Below, in pieces: positions 48,401-61,289 of a DNA stretch of 64,000 bases. Under the pieces are notes generated by a model. That model searched no databases. It saw only the letters and a list, made by a program, of their open reading frames with translations, and was not told the DNA's origin. The position numbers and the translations under genes are program-made. Source of the stretch: Oopsacas minuta (Eukaryota; Animalia; Porifera); contig JAKMXF010000358.1 in NCBI GenBank assembly GCA_024704765.1, forward strand, positions 1 to 64,000, given 5' to 3'. Numbering within the stretch: the stretch's first letter is position 1; every line of letters starts with the position of its first letter.

Positions 48401-51400
48401 ACTTGTCAGAATCGTTTTTATCGAGTTTATTGTGCTCCGATTGGGAGAATTAATTTTTGCATTTAATTTCGATACTATTTAGTTGTTTATTGTTGTAGAT
48501 TGACGGATTTAAATATCACCTTCCGGTAATTCTTTAAGTATAACTGTATTATAAAAACACCTGGCCAGTTATCCAAATAGTGTACTGAAATGCCTGCTCT
48601 TCTCAGCTCAAGCAAGGCTAGCTAGATAATCCAATCAAAATCCAATCAAAATCCAATTCTCCCAAAGTCAAAACTCGATAAAAACTATTCTGACAAGTGC
48701 AGAACTAAATATTCTGACAAAATCAGAACAGTAAATTCTGACATGTGCTGCTCCCCCATTAAATTTGATAGGCAATTCTAATATTCTCTATGATACAAAA
48801 TTGGTACATTTTGGCTCGAATAAATATATTATTGATAGTTAATAATTAATAATAGCTATACCATCAAACTTTTGTCAAACCGAAATGGCGTCATCTGATT
48901 TGCAAATAGTGAAATATGTTGTCAAATATGTGCAATTTTAAAGCTGTGTTAATCGATCACTAATGCGTCTTCGATTCCAGAAATAATATCAAGTGATCTA
49001 AGGATGTTTATACATAAAATATAAATTTGGTAATTATTAAGTTGTCACATAACTGAGTTAGGTTAGATACAATGGATGGCACCTACTTGGTCAAATCCCT
49101 TGATAACTCGATAGCGCTAGAGTTGTTATCAAATGTGTCCAACCAATATGTGCTACATACACAACTTCCCATACACTTGTAATAATTTTGATACGATTTC
49201 TTTAATCGGTGTGACACTATCTGTGAATATGCCCATATTTGGTCATTATCAATATTACACAATATTGTTTCAACATATCATATGGAAATGGATCACAAGG
49301 GGGTGCATGCTTTAGTTAGAATTTTAAGGTTGTCATTAGTTAGAATTTTCTGAATTGTAACAAGTTAGAATCAATTTTTAGTCTATTGTAACAAGTTAGA
49401 ATCAATTTTTAGTCTATTGTAACAAGTTAGAATCAATTTTCCGACTGTGGTCACAAGTGTAAAAAACAAAAAATCCATGTTCCGCCATTCTGCAGACTTT
49501 ACTAATAATTACAGTAGAACTCGGATAAGACGTACCCCCTCGGGAAACAGAAATTAGTACGTCTTAACCGAGTGTACGTCTTATCCGAATATGTTTGCAT
49601 TACAAATAATGATGACTGATATTTTGGGATATAAGAAATAGTACGTCTTAACCGAGTGTACGTCTTAAGCCGAGTACGTCTTATCCGAGTTCTACTGTAG
49701 TCCAACAAAAGTCCATCCAAACACAAAATTACCATGAAGTCCACATCCCCGCCCATAGGTAGCTTAATAAAGAATACAAATGAAACTCCCAGATCCATAA
49801 GGTAGTGAATTAAATCCCTAATCTCCTCCCAATGGTACGGGTGTATAATTACTACAATAAAAAGTTTTCCCTGGCCTCGTTTTGCCACGCGATATCTCGG
49901 AAGAGTAGATTCTGACTTGTGACAACAGTCTGAATTCGATTCTAACTTGTTACAATAGACTAAAAATTGATTCTAACTTGTTACAATTCAGAAAATTCTA
50001 ACTAATGACAACCTTAAAATTCTAACTAAAGCAGCGCCCCCATCACAAGGATGTAGGATGTTGAGTATATTGGCTATAGTGAATTGACCATGACTCTAGC
50101 GACTATCGAGTTATAAGTGGATATTGACAAAACATTTGCCACCCATGGTGCATAATATCATTCAGTAACTTTATAATTACAAAAATTCATATTTTATGTA
50201 TGAACAGCCTTAGATGGGGCGCATTCACTAGTCAGAATATCCTTAGTTGTTACAAGTCATACATACAACAATGTATATATATAGTCTAATTTAATTTGCA
50301 GTATTTACCTAATGCCCGAACTAACTGATATTGTATCCCTATTGTTTAAATCTGAATTTGTTGAAGAAACTTGGATATTAATTAAAATAATTTTCCCTCT
50401 CTACCTGATAGAAGTATTGTTTACATTAATTTATCAAATATCAGATATTTTCGCAGGTTATCTACCACAGAAGAATAGTGAATTATTAGCTGCTGTATCT
50501 CTAACCGAGTCAATAGTCATCTTTATAGGGCACTATGTGTTTTTGAATATTACATCAGCTCTATACACACTTGCATCTCAAGCTAATGGTGCTCAGGAAA
50601 ATAAATATCTTGGCTTGTTGGTGCAACGCTCAATTTGGATATCCTTCCTTCTCTCCATTCCCATCACCATCGTGTGGTTAAACACAGAGAATATCCTCGC
50701 TATATTCAATCAAGATAGAAACATTATAGAATTAGCATCCAAATATATGTCAGTTTCATATGCAATAATACCAGCATTTATACTCACATTTTCTCTTGAG
50801 AATCTGATAGAAATGATGGATGTATTGTATCCCATGGTTGTAGTGTATATATTGGGTAATGTAGTTGCTGCAATAGTAGGCTACATCACATGTTTCGTAC
50901 TGGACTGGGGCATCTATGCTATCCCTATTATACCAATTTCTGCTTTCTATACTATCGCTATTGCTACTTTCTTCTACTGTAAATATTCATCTCTTTTCAA
51001 GAGAATATGGCCAGGCTGGAAATGGGCGGGCTTCAAACAGTGGAAGACCTATTTATACTACGGGGTGCCTATCCTCCTGACTGAGTGGGGTCTAAATATA
51101 CAGGTGTATGCTAGTGGATTTATAATAGGAGTGAGTGCAGAGAATACTACAATAGCACTTAGTGTTAACGCTATAATGATATCTCTTGATATGATAACTT
51201 ATGCTTTGTCTAGTTCTCTCTCTATAGCAGCTAGTGTAAGAGTTGGGAACTTAATCGGAGAAGGTAGAACTGAATTGGTGAAACAATCCATAATAACTCT
51301 TTGTTCTATTACCATAGTACTTTCTCTGTTACAAGCTGTTTTGCTGTATTCAACAAGAGATGTGATAGGTAGAGCATTCACGAATAATAATAATGTCATC

Positions 51401-54400
51401 CATGGTGTCTCAGAGGTTATTCTGTTACTAGCTATTTCCCATCCATTGGATTCATTATTCGGATTTATACAAGGAGTGCTACGAGGTATGGGCAGACAGG
51501 ACTACGGTATACTCATAACAATATCAGATATGATTGTATCTCTACCAGTTAGTATTATATTGACTATTGGCTTTAGGATGGGTGTGTGGGGATATTGGTT
51601 GGGATTAGTATGTGGATGTGTCGTATCTCTAGTGTTCTCTGTTGTGTTGTTTACATGTTGTAAAGGCAAGTTCATGGATCTGGGTAGAGTTGAAATGCCG
51701 TTTGTTAGTAATGAAGCTAGACAATTAGTCGATAATGAGGCTAACGAGATAGAATCTGCTTCTATGGAAAGTAGTCTATTAATTAACGATGAATTTAATA
51801 CGAGTTATCCTAATGGAAGAATACCTTACTGTAAGATCTTCTTGTTTATCACGTTGTTGTTATTTATGATTCTCACTCTCGGTTGCAAGTTCAGTGAGAA
51901 TAAACTCGTGATAGAACTCAATAGAACTTATCTGAAAGTCCCATTAGACTTTTGTTGTATCCAACTCAAGCCTTAATTTTGGAGTTCATTTATGCTAATG
52001 CTCTCATAATTATTCTAATTGTCGATACAGGATTGTATTCATTGCTATTATACGTTATATAATCATATTTTCTATTTTAGAAATTATTTGGGTGATAAAA
52101 TTGCATTTGTCAGACCCTATGTATTGGTAATTCTGCGCTGAGATATAGCAGCTAGGTTGCTTAATATTATTCGGTTGAACAGAACATAGAACTATTCGGT
52201 TGCAATCTTGCAAAATACATCGTGCATACTGTCCAACCTAGAGGTCACTTCGATTCCTAACAACAACCGGCTCTAGACTTTGAACCCAATATTTACGTTA
52301 TGAACTAAATAGCAAATTTATAAGCCTAGACAGACCATGAAATGTCCAAGCTTCCAGAGACTAAATTTATCCAGTATACTGAAGAAATGATGTAATTATC
52401 AGTTAATAAGGTTAGAGCCTGGTGAATAATTTAAATTTGAAATATGGAGTAAACGTTCTAATCCTGTCCCAAATGTTTATCCACCTCGCAAAACCTTTGC
52501 TCAAAGTTGCATTTTCACCGTTTTTGCGAGGAATATAAGCATATTTTGGACATTTTTATGTCGAGATTGGCAATCAGTGTTAAATTTCCCATCGTTTGAG
52601 TGGTCACTTGAACATATTTGCGAAGAAATTTTCCCTAGCAACGCATGTATGTCTCAAGAATGTAGCAACATTCCATTCTCAAAATTTGTCCTAAATCTAT
52701 CGTGATTTACATCTGAACTATATATTTTGCAAAGATAGTAAAATTCTCACAAAAACAAACGATCACAGCATGTATTCGTAAGAAATATGTGAAAAACTAC
52801 CAAGAAAATATTTGGCCGCTGGGGCCGATCCCGTATACTCGTGTTTAAAGCTAAGTTTACTAATTCATGAATAATGAATAATTCTTTTTTGAATTAATAA
52901 CCTTCTGGCCCCAATTTTAATGCATAAATAGGATTTGTATTAAGTCGAGTTTATAAATATGAATTCTCTATATTACGAACAGTTTCTCTAGTCCCCTAGT
53001 GGTTCAGAAATCGCGACACTGACATATATTATTCATTATCATTGTGAATTGTATAAACCCATTACTTAATCAACACTTCAAAGAGAATAATGTATAAATT
53101 CAAAAATAATTATTCATTATTCTTGACGATTTTCAATGAATTAGTCAACTTAGGTTTAAAGTTCATTTAAAGGGTCGATATGTGCATAACTAGACTTAGC
53201 ACTCCTAGCGGCTTCGAACAAGGGGCCACTCGATATGTTTAGGACAAATTTTGAGGACGGGAAGTTGCCACACTCTTGATACATACCTGCGTTGCTTAAG
53301 AAATTTATTCTCAAATATATTCAAGTGGCCACCCAAACGATGGGAAATTTATCATTGATTACGATGATCGACATAAAATTCGTTTCTATGTAAGCTGAAT
53401 GAGTTATATGCATTTTAAATCTTCAACATGTGTCTAAAATAGAAGTTCTGCACACATTTAGGCCTGGGACTTTTTTTGTTAAACTACACTACAAGAAAAT
53501 AGTAATTCGCTCTTGTTGCAATTTTTCTAGGTCAAACTCTAATTCAACCGGACTATAATAGCATACCCGCATATTTGAACATTTTCACGGACATAGAGTG
53601 CATTTTTATGGTATATAGGGGGCGCTACATTTGTCAGACAAAAATTACTTGCAATTGTCACAATTTTTGAAGTATGCATTTGTTAAACAGATGTTTCTAA
53701 TTGCTTATTATGTATAATTTCCTCACTATTCTTCTGTTGTTAAGAGCTGTTGCTTCGAATTAGTGTCAGTATTGGCCTTAGATGTTGTCTGGAGCTCAGA
53801 CCACTTCCTGATAGTTGATTGGTGAATTTTGAATCGATATCTATTTGGTGAATGGTATTTTTATCGTATTTGTTAAGATTAGTATTCTATTTGCTGATTA
53901 TGTGTATTTACTATTTTTACTGCCCCAACTAATACTATTCCATTAGTATAGTGTCTCAGTTCTAATATGATTGACTTAGTATATGTATATATATGTTTTC
54001 GCTCTGTAGATCACACCTTAAGAGATTATGACGTAAAATTTAGCATGTGTACTCATAGTGACTTCTAGTTGTGCACCTGGCATTTGAAAATTTCTAATGT
54101 GTATATTTTCACACCTATTGACACCTCTGTATTTTCGCCCAATCAGATTGTAGGGTTTACAATTTGGCATAAATGCAAATTTCTTTTGGTGGAGTGTATG
54201 TAATTTAATTTGCACTGTAATGGATTTGTATTGATGTAGACTGTGATTCTATTGGTCAATAGAATCTAATACATATATATACATACACATTTATCATATG
54301 ATTAATCATATTTTCACACCTTTGGAGAACATTTCAAAATTATCCTAGAAATTAGCTTCCACTTGTTAAATAGGGGTAAACAGGGACGTAGAATTCGATA

Positions 54401-57400
54401 TTTACATTTTTATGTTTTAACAAGATTAGTAAAATTCAATTTTATCTTTCTTTGCTAAAATAATATTTTGTAGAATAGCATAATTTCATTACTCCACTAA
54501 AACATTAATTTGGTAAATTTAAGTCGGCACAAACTGTGATTTGAGATTTTTCTTATTCTTATTCTTATTATCCATATATGGAACAGACCATATTCACTCC
54601 AAAATGATCTGAAAATTTCATTCTAAAATCCAGACCCCTAGTTAGTAATCTATACCCAAAATGTAATTTACCGATTTCTCATGATTGCTTATGAATATAC
54701 GAATACTTACAGACGGACGCCTATAATTATATTTTATATGTTTTATAGCATAGTAAAGCCAATGATAGCTTAACATACTTATTTTTAGTGGAGAAATGTT
54801 GATCACCGTTTATTTCTCATTAATTTAATCTTCAGATATATGAGCAGGACGAAATACTAACTCTAAGAAGATTAATGCTAAAGAAAGAAGAACAAGAATT
54901 ACAAATTGATCAAGAGAAGTTAGAGAGAGATCGTAACCTCCATATTCGAGAAATGAAACGATTAGTTCATGAGAGCGCTTCAAGATTCAAAGACGGAGTT
55001 ATTCTACATCACAGATACCTCTTACTGCATCTCATTGGTAAGTACGTGTTCAATAAAAGAAATTCTATTCTTGAGGTTATCCAAAAAAGCTTTTCAAAAG
55101 TTTCTTCATATGCTTAATTTAGTTATTAATCTTACATTATAGCATTTAAGGTCATTGAGATTAAATTGAATAATAAAGTAATGATGTTGTAAGAACGCTG
55201 ATCTTAGTATCATTAGAAACAAATTAGAAATATTTATATACTTACAGCAGCGGTCAGTGGCGTCTGGCCATATATTTGATGCGGGCCTCTTTAGGTGTCA
55301 TGTGGAGCCAACTTTAGCCCTGAGAATGATTAACCGGACAGTATACACAGACATCTCTGAATGGAATCTCGCATGGGCCTCCTAACCCGAGCACGAGGAC
55401 GGTGGCCCAGGATTTGAAAAAAGAGGAGGTCCAGATTTCATTAATAAAAAATGTTTCATTCTCGCGGATGAATTGTTGTTCTGAAATGTGATTAGCAGTG
55501 CCATCTTTATCAATGGGCAAACTGGGCGCAAGTCCATGTCCCGCTAGGGGAGCCTACTTCTGATGAGGAGAATTAGTGCTTCTTGTACACGCAAACTCGC
55601 TAAGGGATAGCTGGAATTTGTCCTAAAACTCAAATACTGGATGTTGACCTTGTCCTAAAAATTATTCAAGTTTGTTCTAAAGAGGAACCTCTGGATTTTG
55701 TCATAAAATGTACTACAATTATTCGGGTTAAAATATACCAGTCATGCAGTCAACCACCACGGACGGGGTGGCCAATAAGTTGGACAACAATCGGGAAAAA
55801 GAGAATTTAATCTAAGTGAAAATTATTCACAACCATCCTAATAGTGAATATAAATTGACAAATCCAATATTTTAAGCTGGTTTATCTACTAACCCGCGTC
55901 CCTCAAAAACATTTTATTTTGAAGTCCAGTGATTCATAATTACGACAAATTTCAGTGTTTTTTAACGAAATCCAGTTACTCAGTTTTGGACAAATTCCAA
56001 CACCTTCCCACGCTAAACTTAATGAAACATTGAATATGAAATACTAGATAGCATCGATTTTGGTGATTTGAAAGATAATATTACATGAGCTAAAGCTCAC
56101 CAAATTCCAATCTGATTTGTTGTAACAGTAAAACCTTTCCAAATATAGACAATTTCTGTATTTTGGGTGTAAGAGCATAGTTATTATTGGTGCCCAGGAC
56201 CTACTAACGCCTAAAGACGGCACTGGTAATTAGCTATGATTCTTTTAATAATCTGTATTTGCATTAGGGAAATCAGAAGTTGTCCTACTCAAATTATTGG
56301 AATTTGTCCTAAAACTGAGTCATTTTAAATGTCACTAAATGTACTAGCGGGTCGCGGAATATGAACCAGAATATCTCAGATTAGTATCTAAACTTCATAT
56401 TCTGGAATTTACATTGAACAACAGCGTGTTTTGACGCCTGTCATGTTTGTAGTTATTGGGTCAGATTTTAGTATGGATTAGCTCTAAATTCCCGTTCTTA
56501 TTCCCACAACGAGTTTTGACCTATGTTATTTGTAGGTATGTTTTGTATAGAGTATCTAAAATAGCCCACTTACATGTTTCCTCGCTTTACATACTTCTAT
56601 TTCCTGACAAATTCCAGTTCTTTTGATACCAGAATCTTGTGCTTTTTTAGGATAACATACCTTACTCTTTTAAGACTAATACCACTATTTAAGACAATTC
56701 CAGCAATTCTTGTATTGGTATACTAGGGTCTTCACTCGTTAATAACGGAAGTTTGTTAAAGTTTTGTTATATCACTTGCCGAAAAATGGTGGTCCGGACC
56801 CCTTGGAACGCCTATGAGTCAACATATACATCTCCTACTCAGTTAAGATATGTTTAGCGAAAAAATAGATAAAATTTGTATCAGGCTGACGTGGATGCTT
56901 CGAATATTATGAAGGTATTCTTGTTGTACTGGCCACTCAAATATAGTTAGTGTAACAGCCACAAAACTGGGCCGGGAACCTTTGGAAACAGAGTGAAAAT
57001 ATTATATACCGTATTCCTAGCCTCATACAAATGAACCTCCACAAAGGGAATTGAATTTAAAAGTCTTCGCATAAGTTCTCTTTATTCCCTGAATTTACTC
57101 TGAGTTTTATAATAAACTAGCCAGCATCGCGTGCTAGGTCGCTTCGACAGCTTAGTGCTCTATATTAGCTATAGTATTAATTAAACAGCTAAATATTATA
57201 GTGTTATTACGCGCTACGCGACAGAATATGCTCAGCACTATCTGCCTCGAATTCACAGAATGAATAATTAATAATTTAAGATTTATATCCATCATCCATC
57301 CAAATTCCATTGAATGGCCTTCTATCGTGATACTGGAGATGCGATGTCGCTTTGGTTAGTAATCTCAGCACTTTGTGCCTCAGGTATTAAGAAATTCTGA

Positions 57401-59196
57401 AATTTATTTTTGTACTGTCATCATGACGTAATAATTCCATGATGAGTTAGCTCATGACGTCAGGACTTGATTCAAATTTCAACCATGTATCATGTATATT
57501 GACTGAGCAGTGGTTAATATTGTGATTTTTCGAAAATCCAAAACGTGACAACGACGTCATATGTTTGAATTTTCGTCCAAGGTTCGAACTTCTCCGAGCC
57601 AGGCCCAATATTGAGGGTCCTCCAGTTTCCTCAATCAATTCTGAACATACAATCATATATATGTACGTACATACATACATATTACATCTATACTATTAAA
57701 ACGCAACTAATCTACGTATATGTATGTATATATATATATATACAGTGGAGTTTCCGAATAATGGGCACGTTAGAGACATGGTATCTGTCTGTTGCGGAGA
57801 TTGTCCGCTCCTCAGAGACTGCTTAAGTAGTAGCTACATGCTTGGCAAATTCAATCCGTGCCACGAGGTTTGTCCGTTGTAAGGGTTGTCCGCTTCTCGT
57901 AGTGTCAGTTTTGGGAGACTCTACTGTATATGTTTGTATGTCCAGAATTGATTGAAGAAACTGGAGGACACCAAGGGCTGATTTTCGGAATACAGGGGTA
58001 TTTTGGGCCTGGGTCGGACAAGTTCGAGAATTTCTTTATACCCGAAGCACACATTGACGAGATTACTAACCAAAAGCGACATAGCATCCCCAGTGTCACG
58101 ACAGAAGGACATTTAATGTATTTTGGATGGATAATGGATAATAAAATCTTAAAATTTCTGCTGTAATATACACCCGAGGCACGGAGTGTCGGGTTTATTC
58201 CGTCGTGTAGCGACCAAAAGCACTAAGAAATTTACCTATTGAATACTTAATCTAACCTGAGGCACTAAGCTTTCCCGCAGGGGTGGCAAGCAAGCAAAGC
58301 GCGCTAGTATAGATTAATTGCGTTGTAATAGAATAGATAATTCGTTTATTATTTTGTTAATGTTTTCAGGTAAAGGAGGATTTTCTGAAGTTCATAAGGT
58401 GTTTGATATGCAAGAGATGAGATTCGCTGCTTGTAAGATACACCAATTACACAAAGACTGGAAGGAGGATAAGAAAGCTAATTACATCAAGCATTCTATA
58501 CGCGAATATGAAATTCACAAAAAACTCGAAAATTCTCGTGTTGTCAAATTCTACGACGTATTTGAAGTTGATGACAACACATTTTGTACTGTACTGGAGT
58601 ATGTAGATGGTCACGATTTAGATTTCATCCTGAAACAACAGAAATGTTTATCTGAACGTGAGGCCAAATCAGTCATAACCCAGACAATGAGAGCACTCAA
58701 ATACCTTAACGAAATAAAACCTCCTATTATACACTACGATCTTAAGCCAGGTAATATTCTATTGGGCTCGGAAGATTCTGGCTGGGATATCAAACTCACT
58801 GATTTCGGTTTGAGTAAGGTTGTAGAAAAAGAAAGTCCGGATGGAATGGAGCTGACCTCACAAGGTGCAGGTACTTATTGGTATCTTCCTCCTGAATGTT
58901 TCGTCATCAGCAACGAGCCGCCTATGATCAGCAGCAAGGTAGATGTGTGGTCCGTCGGTGTCATTTTTTATCAATGCTTGTTTGGTCGTAAGCCTTTTGG
59001 AAATGAACAATCTCAAGCAAGTATTCTCCATGAAAATACTATTCTGAAAGCAACTGAAGTGATATTCCCAGAGAAACGTCCTGTCAGCAAAGAGGCTAAG
59101 GACTTCATCAGACGCTGTTTAACTTACAGGAAGGAGGACAGACCTGATATTCTCACACTCTCACTTGATCCTTATCTGAAATCTCCTAAAAAATAG
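43648..59196 (+). CDS. TLK: Tousled-like kinase, 5 exons, 710 aa
   Basis: Exons 43648-43981, 45423-45998, 46975-47168, 54836-55037 and 58370-59196 join in phase (1,1,0,1) with GT/AG to give 2133 nt; [66 protein letters not shown] motifs. Confidence 0.93.
48336..48757. mobile_element. MULE/foldback-like non-autonomous element in TLK intron 3
   Basis: GGGG...CCCC termini; ~130-bp TIRs with TTGTCAGAAT subrepeats; degenerate TSD. Confidence 0.7.
49300..50041. mobile_element. MULE/foldback-like element
   Basis: Near-perfect ~130-bp TIRs containing 31-bp tandem subrepeats; TSD atcacaag (49292-49299 and 50042-50049). Confidence 0.85.
49512..49697. mobile_element. Tigger/pogo-like MITE, 186 bp
   Basis: Perfect 24-bp TIR CAGTAGAACTCGGATAAGACGTAC, TA/TA flanks. 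Confidence 0.92.
50312..51976 (+). CDS. MATE (SLC47-like) efflux transporter, intronless, 554 aa, nested in TLK intron 3
   Basis: About 12-13 TM segments; [47 protein letters not shown] and GYWLGL motifs. Confidence 0.92.
   Translation: MPELTDIVSLLFKSEFVEETWILIKIIFPLYLIEVLFTLIYQISDIFAGYLPQKNSELLAAVSLTESIVIFIGHYVFLNITSALYTLASQANGAQENKYLGLLVQRSIWISFLLSIPITIVWLNTENILAIFNQDRNIIELASKYMSVSYAIIPAFILTFSLENLIEMMDVLYPMVVVYILGNVVAAIVGYITCFVLDWGIYAIPIIPISAFYTIAIATFFYCKYSSLFKRIWPGWKWAGFKQWKTYLYYGVPILLTEWGLNIQVYASGFIIGVSAENTTIALSVNAIMISLDMITYALSSSLSIAASVRVGNLIGEGRTELVKQSIITLCSITIVLSLLQAVLLYSTRDVIGRAFTNNNNVIHGVSEVILLLAISHPLDSLFGFIQGVLRGMGRQDYGILITISDMIVSLPVSIILTIGFRMGVWGYWLGLVCGCVVSLVFSVVLFTCCKGKFMDLGRVEMPFVSNEARQLVDNEANEIESASMESSLLINDEFNTSYPNGRIPYCKIFLFITLLLFMILTLGCKFSENKLVIELNRTYLKVPLDFCCIQLKP
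52555..53380. repeat. ~150-bp diverged inverted repeat pair (52555-52705 and 53230-53380)
   Basis: ttttatgtcga...aaatttcccatcgttt...aaaatttgtcctaaa matches its reverse complement ~530 bp downstream. Confidence 0.7.
55496..56225. mobile_element. Non-autonomous hAT element, 730 bp
   Basis: TIR CAGTGCC(A/G)TCTTTA; 8-bp TSD gtgattag/gtaattag. Confidence 0.85.
57280..58156. repeat. Inverted pair of a dispersed repeat (57280-57650 and 57927-58156)
   Basis: Arms are reverse complements with moderate divergence; right arm lacks ~170 bp; same family as the repeats at ~425-640 and 44195-44345. Confidence 0.75.
57743..57926. mobile_element. Tigger/pogo-like MITE inserted in a (TA)n tract
   Basis: CAGTGGAGTTTCC / GGAGACTCTACTG termini, TA/TA flanks. 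Confidence 0.75.
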
Positions 59197-59844
59197 TCGA
59201 TTAATTGAATCCAGCAACCCACCCGCTTTGTTGTTTTACGATATAACTGAAGTTATTTTGTTAGAACCGTTGCACTCTAGTTTGTGTACACTTAATCCGT
59301 TACTAGAGCATTATTTTGATTAAGTCATATCGTAATTCCCACTGGTCAATCTACATTTCTCATTTAGTTACAATTATTGTAATTCTATTCAATTGGATAT
59401 TAAGTAATATTTAGCCATATATGGTAGATTGAGAACTCGGCCCAAGACTCCAATTCCTGGAGAACCAGAAATACCTCCCATCACCATGAACCCCTTTACT
59501 ATACACCTGGGCTATTTACTAGTTATGTAATGTAGGAATCTATCGATAAGACTAACACCAAGAGATTGAAAACATGTATATATTTTCAGGGATTTCTCTG
59601 TAACGGTGTTGTCTTAAACAGTGTATAACTTTTTCAGAGAGTATCTAGCCAAGTTCTCCAGTTTGCATTCAATACAATAGTAGAGGCATATGTTACTCAG
59701 GTATTTCAACTTGAATAGTTAACTTTAGTTAATTAATTATATAATCCTATATATGGTCGTTGAGAGCTAGTCTCTAAGTATATTTTGAGATTTACCTAAT
59801 TTGTTTACTTTACATTTATGAAAACAATATATATTTTTATAATA

Positions 59845-61181
59845 CAGGGTGTTTCACAATTGATGTCGTGTTATACAATATTACATAACTATTAGAATAC
59901 TAGATATATTACTACAATTATTTGCCAATATATCCACCACTAAGTTCAATACACTTATGGATTTGTTTTGGCATTCCATCCATCAATTTGTCCAAAACCT
60001 CTGGTGAAATATTGGACCATGCTGTTTTCAGCCGATTTTCCAACATTTTTATGTCTTTTATCTCACCTATTGAATCTAGATCATCTTTCAAAATCGACCA
60101 TATGTTCTCAATGGGACTCAAGTCTGGAGAGTTGGCTGGCCAGGTACCTTTCGCCCAAAAACTCTTTAGGTTACTTCTCAACCAATTTTGTGTCATGTTT
60201 GCCGTGTGAGCTGGAGCGCCATCTTGTTGAAATATCGCACGGGACATATTTTTTAACATTTTCCTCTCAACAACTGTGCCTCTTTCTCGCTTTCTGTTCA
60301 TTGTAGACATTAAAGTTTTACCCAGTATCTCACTAACATAGTACTCTGCAGATACAGTTTGTCCAACGGGAATGAAATGTAACTCCGACAGTGCACGATG
60401 TGACATCATACCCCATACTTGAATTTTCTTTGGAAATTTCACCATCTGAACGGGCTCGACATCCAATGCGTTTCTCGCCCAAACACAATCATTTTTCCTG
60501 TTTGGGGGATGATTTAACTCAAACGGTGATTCATCTGTAAATAATATGTTTTTCCAATCATTTGCTGTCCAATTGACACGTTCTTTACAAAATTTTAACC
60601 TAGCAGCCATGTTTTTCTCTGTTATTAACGGCTGCCGCTGGCGTTTGTAAGATTTTACGCCCTTTTCTTTTGTCAAATAACGGTACACTGTACTCTGAGA
60701 TACGGAATGACCTTTCAACTTTAATTTCTTGGATAGACCACGTACAGACTGTCGTTTTTTGCCAATTGATTTAGTAATTACAATCTTGGCAACTTTCGAT
60801 ATGGACGATTTTACGGCCACGTCCCCCTTTGTTTTCTAATGTCAAATCATTCTTGAAAAGTCGCCACCAACGCTGAACTGTACGGATATTAACTCCAAGT
60901 TTAAGAGACACAAACTTCTGAGAAGAGCCAGCTTGTAGCATGCCAACAGCCTGTGAGCGAATCATGATACTGTATTCTTTCACCATTATATTATGCAAAT
61001 AATTAGCCCAATTTGGATATGGAAATAGAAGCTATAAAATGTTTCGATTGATGAATGAAATAATTACTCAATAGAACCCTGTAAGATTAATTACGATTGC
61101 AAGTTTAAATACACAGATATTATTGCATGGGTGCATAATAAACAAATTTAGAAAATACGACATCAATTGTGAAACACCCTG
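59845..61181 (-). mobile_element. Second Tc1/mariner DD37E transposon, 1337 bp
   Basis: Perfect 25-bp TIR CAGGGTGTTTCACAATTGATGTCGT, TA/TA flanks. Confidence 0.95.
59918..60986 (-). pseudogene. DD37E transposase with a single +1 frameshift
   Basis: MVKEYS...GGRGRK continues as SSISKVAKIV if one A is removed from the run at 60809-60812; LFTDES, FQQDGAPAH and SPDLSPIE motifs intact. Confidence 0.9.
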
Positions 61182-61289
61182 TATATTCAAAAGAATGAAA
61201 ATTGGATTCAGCCCATAGACATCAACTTTATGAGGTTAAGCATAAAAGTTTTGTGGGCAAAATTGGAAAATCTAAGCTTCCATATGCAT

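Larger units (their letters stand above)
49070..50148. mobile_element. Older TIR element hosting nested insertions
   Basis: ~100-bp diverged inverted repeats (tggatggc...ataactcgatagcgctagagt / actctagcgactatcgagttata...gccacccatgg). Confidence 0.6.

Noticed and set aside
49354-49440. 31-bp repeats as a CRISPR array
   Set aside because: Head-to-tail with no spacers, mirrored in the opposite TIR, and in a eukaryotic context
50216-52100. MATE gene as Pack-MULE cargo (GGGGCGC...GTCAGAAT motif just upstream)
   Set aside because: No matching inverted terminus or TSD found downstream
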